Of a stretch of 64,000 nucleotides of DNA, positions 55,601 to 64,000 are shown piece by piece. The number at the start of each line of letters is the position of its first letter. Position 1 is the stretch's first letter. Source of the stretch: Chrysomallon squamiferum. Its lineage: Eukaryota; Animalia; Mollusca. The stretch is taken from assembly GCA_012295275.1 (NCBI GenBank), contig CM022665.1, forward strand, positions 13,144,001-13,208,000, given 5' to 3'. Under the pieces are notes generated by a model. That model saw only the letters and a program-made list of their open reading frames with translations, had not been told where the DNA came from and ran no database searches. The position numbers and the translations under genes are program-made.

Positions 55601-57048
55601 TGACGACACACTGGGTGAGTATTCCCTGAACTGAATACATGACAGTTCTTGCCAGTGATTCATTGCTTCATAAATAGTACTTCGAAAATGGTAAGCTGCA
55701 ATACAACAACGCTGTCTTTTACAGCTACTACTACCACCACAACAACAACAGCAACACATAAAATCAACTAACACTATTCCTACCATTTGTACAACCAGTG
55801 CGGCTGCAGCTGCACTACTATATTACTAATGCAATTACTATTACTACTTCTACAACTGTAATATGTCTACCACTACCACTGATGCTATAAATTTGTGAAT
55901 ATATAATGAAATTCATTTCATCTCGCAACAGTAATTTTCCGAAATTCGATTTTACTTCTGCTAATTTGAAATCGGCAGTTTCACCGTTGATATTATTTTA
56001 CGATTACATTCATCAGAAACAATCATCATTATTTTATCAACAAAAGTATCACTAATTTCTTCAGATACTATTTTGTCGTTATACATTAACTGAATCTAGA
56101 ATCTACTTACGTAGGTTGGGATCGAACTCATAGACCACGGTTTTGTGTGGCCACAAATACCTATCATCTGTGACAGCTTTTCTCTTGAACCTAGAGCTAC
56201 CAGGTTCTTGGTGGTACGACCCATTGATGATACGACTTAGTTGTTCTGGCGTCAGTTTTATGTCTGATTCGAAAGAACCCTCCACCCCTATTTCTTCAGG
56301 TGGAACATTCCGATGAGACACTCGCTTTCCACTTTGTAACCGTAGAATCCGTGTATCCAGACATTTTCCATTCTGAAAAAAAAAAAAAAAAAATAAAATA
56401 AAAAAATAATAATATATATATATGAACGTGTGTTTGCGCGTGCGTGCTTAACTGCTACTAGTTCTACTCTTCCTTTTTTAACTCCCCCTTCTCTTTTTCC
56501 TCTTATTGCTACTAGTAGTAGTCCTGCACTGCTATTTTTATTGTTTACATACGTAAATGTGAATCAGACTTGAAAAAAAAAAAAAAAAACAACAACACAA
56601 CACAACTATAGATATAAACATAACTAAAATAAACTGAATTAAGAAATAAATCACAATTTCTATCAGTCCAGTTAACTGTATTTATATCTGTCAGTATTTG
56701 TCAGTCTACTTCTCTGTCAGTCTGTCTGTCTGTCTATGTATCTATCCATCCATCTATACATTCTGTTTGATAAATCCATCTGCCTAGTTATCTGTCTACT
56801 TACCTGCCTACCTATCTATCCGCCTACCTTACTTTTAATATTTACAACATCATCATTATATGTACCACCTACATAAGTACCCCCCCCCACACACACACAC
56901 ATAAACGCGTAAGCACACTAACAGACACGCAAAATAAATACCCGCACACGCATTTAAATTTTTTGAAAATTACCTTTACTGGTCTAGCTAAACAGGCGAA
57001 TAAGTAACTGAAAAGAAGAACTAAACAACACAGGTATGAAGTTTCCAT
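50919..57048 (-). CDS. Secreted astacin-family (M12A) zinc metalloprotease with EGF and CUB domains (blastula protease 10/SpAN-like); 10 exons, about 454 aa
   Basis: Exons: 57048-56974 (signal peptide METSYLCCLVLLFSYLFACLA), 56372-56111 (propeptide FESDI, furin-like RFKR), 55695-55557, 55439-55373, 54610-54410 ([19 protein letters not shown]; Met-turn SIMHY), 53684-53555, 52756-52637 (EGF CNNEG..CSCLCPWGLTGYSC), 52422-52325, 51899-51775, 51066-50919 (CUB CGG..IQSPGYP..CHWLI..CDYDWLEI..LCG..LRFHSD..GF). Total 1365 nt, phases consistent. Confidence 0.93.
51067..51400. repeat. Degenerate tandem repeat of about 28 bp abutting the astacin last-exon acceptor
   Basis: Recurring tgaaatnaaacaaattcaaaattgta units. 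Confidence 0.75.
53980..54102 (-). mobile_element. Degenerate SINE core fragment in an astacin intron
   Basis: gagagggaacctgctgcc..cgactagcagcaaagggatcctttat..accagtgttagaacac..ctggaactagaa; same family as 5075-5195. Confidence 0.5.
54410..54610 (-). CDS. Astacin catalytic exon (zinc-binding HExxHxxGxxH and Met-turn)
   Basis: [27 protein letters not shown]...YDVGSIMHYGSL. Confidence 0.95.
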
Positions 57049-57448
57049 GACACGAGAGTTACTGAAAAGTTCATCAGTCGTTGAAAAACAAACTACAACA
57101 AGGAAAACTTGGAGTAACCCGTGTCTGTTAAATACCAGTCTGAGTCTACAGTCGAGTAATCCCTTACTCTCGACTTAGATCGAGTTTAGCAGGCTTACAT
57201 GGGTCTTTAATGCATTTAACTTCTTTATTCTTTTGGTCTTTTTTTTCTTTTAATTTCTTTTTTTTAAATTTAAAAAAAAAAAAAAAAAAATGTTTTTAAT
57301 CGTTTTATATCACGTTTTGTGGTTTCCTGATTTTTGTTTTTAATATATTATGGTTCTGTATTCTTTTCTGGGCTTTAATATCTCCATGACAAAGATGTTA
57401 GTACTGTCATTGTAATAATAATAATAATAATAGTAGTAGTAGTAGTAA

Positions 57449-57480
<32 letters not shown>

Positions 57481-58435
57481 CATAATTATTATTATTGTTG
57501 TTGTTGTTGCTGTACTGTGTGGTATTTTATTGCACTAGCATTACACATTCTGTTGTCCTATTTCATTTCATCACACTATTATTATTTTGTATTCTATCGT
57601 ACTGTATCGTATGATATATTCTTATTTTGTAGTATACTATTTTATGTTATACGTTGTTTAATTGTTTTGGGTTATGCTGCGTCATATATCATATTGCATC
57701 ATATCATGTCTTAGGCAGTCTAATTAAAAGATCAGTGTTTTTTTATCTCTTAGAAGTTATATAAAGATTCATTTTGTCATTATACACTGACACAAACACA
57801 CATAAACAATAAGAGAGACAGACACACAGAAAGCGAGAGCGAGAGAGCATTGTTTTGGTTCTTCTTTATTTTATTATTTTTTAAATAATTGTCTTTATTC
57901 ATTCCAAAATATACAAATATAGATTCATCGACATAAACTGTCTGTTCTAAAATTCACACGACCACATAGAAAATAACAACTAATGTGTTCCGAAAACAAA
58001 GACTAGTTATGTGTTTTGAAAATTTTCGAAGAACTGTTACAAAACGTCTGCACACAGTAACGGTGGACAGGTCGCCGTGTTTGAACCTGTCACTGACGAG
58101 GAAAAGTCAACGAAGATCATAAAACTTTGCCCTTTAGCGTGTACATGTCAGATTAGAGCGAGCAACGCTTATATGGAACAAGTCACGTTTTGCCGGAAGT
58201 CTGTTGCGAGATTTAAGAACCTTAGCACTCGGAAGTGGTCGAGTGTACGAGATGCAGCTGATCTGATTTGCAACCACGATTATCCGGACTTTGCATACAT
58301 ATCTGGCATTATTTCTGTCTTACAAGACACGTTTCTTTTTATTTCATTCCTTATCTGAATATAGATTCAAATATAATTATTGCAGAAGTTTGTAATTTGT
58401 TTAGTCTCAAATACAAGTTTATGTCTACACGTATA

Positions 58436-58520
<85 letters not shown>

Positions 58521-58735
58521 CTTAAACCTCTTTTTATGGTTAATTCTTTATAATACTGTTTTTTACAAAACACCTAAGAATCATAACTAACTATATATTT
58601 ATATATATCTTTTCTTTCATACTATGCCCTACCCATCGGTTTCTGTTTTAGGTGAATAACAAGGGATATGCCGTATGCATCTTTCTCTAGAGAGGCACTG
58701 GCTGGAATAAATAGTAAATCCAGGTGAGCAATAGG

Positions 58736-58996
58736 CAGGACTGGCCCTACGTTTTTTTTTTTTAGCACCCCAGACATTTTAATATCGACACCCTTTTTCA
58801 CAGTTTGATTCCATAACATTAAGAATTAATAAGATTCACAACAATTTGACTCCACTCAAGGAATTTTACATTTTATTAATTACTTTAAGATCTTTCCCTT
58901 TGTATTTGGACGATCTCAAATACACGAGGTGGCTCCTTGTATCATGTAGCGCCCAGGGACAACTGTCCTACTTGCCAGTACCTTCAGCCGGTCCTG
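58736..58996. mobile_element. Small MITE-like element
   Basis: Inverted ends CAGGACTGGC / GCCGGTCCTG; no clear target duplication. Confidence 0.4.
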
Positions 58997-59401
58997 GTAA
59001 TCGGAAACTTCTCTTTACAAATATGGCCTTTATGCTGTTCGATTTTGCTGACAAAAAAAAAAAAAAAAACTAGTTAAATATCACGTGGATAAAGTTGATA
59101 TGTTAAAATTGTAATATTTATTTATTTGATTAATTTTAGATTTAACAGTATATTTATTAAGTTATCATCATATAAGTATTAATTAATTATAAATTTAATG
59201 TCTATTTTATTCTGGTTTGTTCGTACGACATAATAGCATTACAAAAATAACATGAATTTTATAACAGTTTGCTACATTATCATAAATGCTTGTCTTAACT
59301 AAAAAAAAATATATATATATATATATATTCTTATTTTATTTTATTTTTGATTTGATTTGATTTATTTTTTTGATTTATTAAAATGTTAGTGATTTTTTAC
59401 G

Positions 59402-59567
59402 TGTCATTCTTTCTAACACTGCGCAGCTGCTTTCGAACAGCCGCAGCGAATTAATGAAAACGTATTTTATTTTAACAGTTGTGAAGGAGACCACAACTTA
59501 CCATGACTGTTATCTTTTCAGGAGCCAAGCACGCGATTTCTTTGTCTCAGACGCGAAATGTAATTAT
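59402..59567 (-). repeat. Local duplicate of the LRRC74-like last intron/exon junction (source 60555-60737)
   Basis: cactgcgcagctgctttcgaacagccgcagcga..attaatgaa..cgtattttattttaacagttgt..ccatgactgttatctt..caggagccaagcacgcgatttctttgtct..agacgcgaaatgtaattat occurs at both positions. Confidence 0.92.
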
Positions 59568-60138
59568 GTTTATTTTACAGTTTGTTTTGTAGTCAGTTGT
59601 ACGTTTCTTTTCTTTTTCATCTTTTTTGCTAGTCTTTCATTTTGGTTTTTGTGTTGTATGCCTGTGTAATAATTTTTTATTTGCGTTACGTCTTGTTATT
59701 TTTGTGTTTGTTGTTCAGATGTTAAAGCTGAAAACTTGAACATGATCAGTAAACCATATCCGAATATCATAATTTTTTTTTTTTAATGTTAATGTCTTAT
59801 TTTTGTTTTTTAAATTAAAACGGAACTAAGTGCTTAGTGACTTGGAGAAGTCATTTAACTAATTTTTATACTCCTTTACAGTAAATAATACAAAATATTT
59901 TAGAATAATAATAAGTAGAAAAAGAAAAACAACAAAAAAGCTATAATAATAAAATAAGTAGTAGTAGTAGTAGTAGTAGTAATGGTAGTAGTAGTAGTGG
60001 TAGTAGCAGTAGTAGTTGTAGTAATATTAGAAGAAGAAGAAAAAGAACAACAGCAGCAGCAGCAACACGACTGTAATAACAATGAAAATAAAGGTTTCAA
60101 ATATTGAAAAATCATACACTACATCAGTAGTAACAGTT

Positions 60139-61642
60139 CTAGTCACTTCTTTTTCTCATCAATTTTGTTTTGTTTATTTTGGACCAGTGACTGTTTTTCT
60201 GATGTTTTTTAACTGGAGTCATCCGCTGAATGTCGTACACCAAACTTCCAACCAACGCCTGCGGACTGTTCCGCCAGGAATCGTAATCATGTAGCGCCAT
60301 CACGTTCTTGGGAGACGCTGGCGACAGTTTTGGGAGAAAAGCACTGGAGGGGGTCAGGTTATCGGAACTGTTTCTGCTGTTACTGTAAAGTAGTGGAGAC
60401 TGAAGGTCAATGGTTCCTTGAATGACCTTCGACCCATAGAAGGTGAAGATGTCAGGAAAGAAAACTCTCTCTGACGGAGCGATCAGCGGCATGTCCGATT
60501 TGAGAATTCTTCGTCTTTCTTCTCTCTTCTTTCTTTCTCGTTCTTCTTCCTTCATGTCTTCCTTTCTGTCACTGCGCAGCTGCTTTCGAACAGCCGCAGC
60601 GAGAGACCTGCAATAGTGAATTAATGAACACGTATTTTATTTTAACAGTTGTTAATCAGACCAGTACTTGCCATGACTGTTATCTTACCAGGAGCCAAGC
60701 ACGCGATTTCTTTGTCTGAGACGCGAAATGTAATTATATACAGACACATTTTGTATTATATGCATACACAGATATATATAAACATTATATTTATACATGT
60801 ACTATACGTGCGTTTCAAACTTACACATACACGTACTTTTACAAAATGTATATAAAAAAAGTTACATTATGCATGTATAATAAACATTATATTACATACA
60901 TACATTATGTTACCTACCTGTCTATCTATCTATATATATATATATACATACATACATACATAAACACATACAAACACACACAAACATACATATACATACA
61001 AACATCATACACGTTGATGTAACATACGTACTGGTAGCTGATAGTGCCGTTCTTGTTGATGTAAATCTTCCTCAGTACTTCCCGAATGCCGTCGTCGTCT
61101 AAGGGCACTCTGAGCCGCTGTAACATAACAAGTCGTTGCACATTTGAAACATAATAAGAACAAGTTGACTGACATTTTAAAAACACAAAACCCGAATAAG
61201 CTGTAAATACAATATAGTGAAAACGAGCAAGCACGAATGGAAAATCCAACTTTGTCGTTTTAATTACGAAAAGTGCCGAATTTATACGATTACTGTGTCA
61301 AGATATATGATATGAATTATTTTACTAACTCGGAATTTTTATTTTTATTTTTATAATATACTACCAATATTTTACATTCATGGTTACACCCAGTAATAGT
61401 TATTATCTATTCATTGCGAACATATCCGAACATGTCCGAACTATACCGAATGTTACCTTTAGCCCCGTGATGAAGTTAGCTTTGGAAACATAAAGCTTGC
61501 TTTCTGTTTCAAACATTCGAAAGAGGTCAACAACCCTAATTCCCATGGTGCTGAGGTATCGGATTAGCAGTGAAAAAGGGTCCTCCTTTTTAGCTGAAAT
61601 ACATTTTATATTTCCTTTTAATTTGGTTATTACATCATTTTC

Positions 61643-61694
<52 letters not shown>

Positions 61695-63863
61695 CAAAGA
61701 GTTAAATGATGTAAAGTAATTATGTTCGTTGATTTACGCCAGTGATCGGGCTTGCTCGTTTTTCCACGGAGTCTGCCGAATAAAACCGTTAGGTTTCTAC
61801 ATAATTATGTAACTTGAGAGGTACCGCATACTCAATAATAATAATAATAATTATAATAATACATATATATATAACACATGATGATATGTATTGATACGCA
61901 TTATTTGATACTCGTTATTTGACTAATAAAACATACCGATCTGTAATGTAAATTAATTTTTAATTTCCATGGATGGTAATAAAGGTATAATTTGGGGGTC
62001 TTTCAATACAAATTTTATCTGTTTCAATGAATGATTATAAAATATAATTTACAACATAAAAAAATGAATGTACCTCTTCTGAAAAAGATTTTACCGACAG
62101 TGGATTATAAAAGTACTAATTTACAAATTAAGATGCATGCCATTTTAAAACCTACCTCTTTCAATATAAAATTTATCGGTGTATCAATAACATCAGTATA
62201 CTAAATAAATGTAAAAGAGTATATTATAATGTACCTCTCTGGATTCCTATGACATCACTTGTACTTAGAATACCACCATGATGCAGGGAAAAGTTTCTCT
62301 GTCTGGAAATTTCCGTGGCCTTGTAAGCCACTTCGGTGTTGATCGGAATATTCTGGAATAAATTAACATAATGTATTATCAATCTGTCAATAGTTAATTG
62401 GAATTATCTGAAAACAATTTCTTTTTTGCAAATATTATTATCATTATTTATTTATTTATATCTTCGACGTATAATAATAATAATAATGATGATGATGATG
62501 ATTATGTGGGTGATAACAACAGTAAGAAGAACGAAAAACAACATTATGATCATCACCAACATTACAAGACATCAAAAACAACAAGAAGAATAACGAAAAC
62601 GATACACTTACCTCCAAACCCAGATGAATTAATCCACACGTTGTCTTTGAGACTGACTCTAACAATTCGTCACATCCCTCCATAGAGATAGGATTTAAAC
62701 CCAGCTGCAAGTAAACCACAGAGTGATTGACTGATTCACTCACTTAATCAACGACTGACTGAATGAGTCAGTATATCATTGACTGACTGGCACACTTATC
62801 TTTGAAGACAACAGGCAAGACAAGGCAAGAAGTTTATTTCTCTGAAGACTGCACCGCGTGCAATATTGAGAACATATAAACAATAATTTAAAGAGTATTT
62901 TCTGTAGTGGTACAAAACATATTAATTATATCGGAAGACTGGCTCTCTCGATGACAATTTGTAAAATCGGTAAAGTTTATACAATTTTTTTTTTTTTTTT
63001 ATTTATTAATTTTTTTTTGTCTAAGTGTATAATAATGTTGTATACATTTATTTCTCTCAAAAGATAAAGATGTACAGTTAACAATAGCATGGAACGCAAC
63101 GTCAATATCTGAATTACATAAATGGCATATTCTGTCTTCTCTTTGAGCCGTCTAACCACTTTCTATTGGAAGCTTCACATTACTAGTTCTCATTTTACAT
63201 AATGTTCTAGGATTTTTATTTTATTTTATTTTATTTTATTTAATTTTTTGTTGGTCTTGTCAGCTTTAACAGATAATGTTCTAATTTAAATTCATCTGAA
63301 TGATTGATTAAATCACTTGATTAGTCATTTATCGACATATTTACATATTAACTGAATGAATGAATGAATGAATCACTGACTGACTGAGTGGTTTAATTAT
63401 TGATTGAAAAACAAAACGATATTATTTTAACAATAGCAATAAACGGTTTCACATATCAAATACGTGACTCATGTGTATTGGTAATACAAACGACGAAATC
63501 TGTTGCTGCTTCTCTTATTAATTTGCATCATTTTTCAATTAATTAATAAAAACTTTAATTAGTTAGTTGGTTGGTTATTTGTTTTGTTTTTCTGTCTCTA
63601 TATGCACAGATACACAGAATACATCAATTAAATAAATGTTGCTGTAAGACAAATACTTGTCTTCTTACCTCCAGAACCTGCAAACTTTTATTAACCCTCA
63701 GACCACGGCCGATGTAGGGGACACATTCCCAGTTGATGCGGTTGTTTGTCAGGTCCAACGTCGCCAACATCTTGTTTGATTTGAGCGCCTCTCCGATAGC
63801 CAGACTTCCTTCGAAACCCAAACCATTCCAGGCTATATTCAGTGTTATCAAACGTTTATTTTT
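60139..63863 (-). CDS. Leucine-rich repeat protein with C-terminal EF-hand-like pair, LRRC74A/B-like; 3' part only (exons 63863-63669, 62704-62612, 62352-62235, 61593-61457, 61117-61032, 60607-60139)
   Basis: RI-like LRRs (LITLNIAWNGLGFEGSLAIGEALKSNKMLATLDLTNNRI...LQVLELGLNPI), then EDPFSLLIRYL..RVVDLFRMF and INKNGTISY, a charged helix and a basic tail ending in TAG at 60141-60139. Phases consistent. The LRRC74 assignment comes from recalled architecture. Confidence 0.8.
60745..60927 (+). repeat. Dispersed repeat of about 180 bp, copy 2
   Basis: Same orientation and near identity with 24081-24262. Confidence 0.9.
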
Positions 63864-64000
63864 CTGTAATAAAATTTGCACATTACATTACTGACTGATG
63901 ATTTATTGTTTGTTGTTGTTGTTATTTTTTTTTCCTATTGTTATTATTATTATTACTTTTACTACTGTTAATATGATGATGGTGATGATACGTATGTACT

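Noticed and set aside
58890-59047. Possible extra LRRC74-like exon after a strong minus-strand acceptor at 59048-59050
   Set aside because: The frames I read close within about 30 codons, most of it overlaps a MITE-like element, and the preceding exon already has a stop.
61457-61593. Resemblance to the SINE core (gattagcag..aaagggtcc)
   Set aside because: It is an in-phase minus-strand exon of the LRRC74-like gene with proper splice sites.

Overview
AT-rich, microsatellite-rich animal genomic DNA with spliceosomal GT-AG introns. The SINE-like repeats suggest a mollusc, probably a gastropod; this is an inference. Four spliced genes were reconstructed by hand with consistent exon phases. (1) The first three coding exons of a kinesin-3 STARD9/KIF16-type gene (minus strand, ATG at 12491), which runs off the left edge. 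(2) A complete 37-exon TDRD9/spindle-E piRNA-pathway DExH helicase-Tudor gene (plus strand, 20518-48163, about 1476 aa). (3) A complete 10-exon secreted astacin-EGF-CUB metalloprotease (minus strand, 57048-50919, about 454 aa). (4) The last six exons of an LRR plus EF-hand-like LRRC74-type gene (minus strand, 63863-60139), which enters from the right edge. Introns hold a decayed hAT transposase, several MITEs, SINE fragments, a long foldback and local duplications. The most unusual recurring pattern is degenerate tandem repeats built in register with real splice sites: clear in three genes, weak in the fourth. A separate duplicated intron/exon junction has lost exactly its acceptor. No tRNA, rRNA, CRISPR or prokaryotic system was seen. 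Most short ORFs in the track are microsatellite artefacts.
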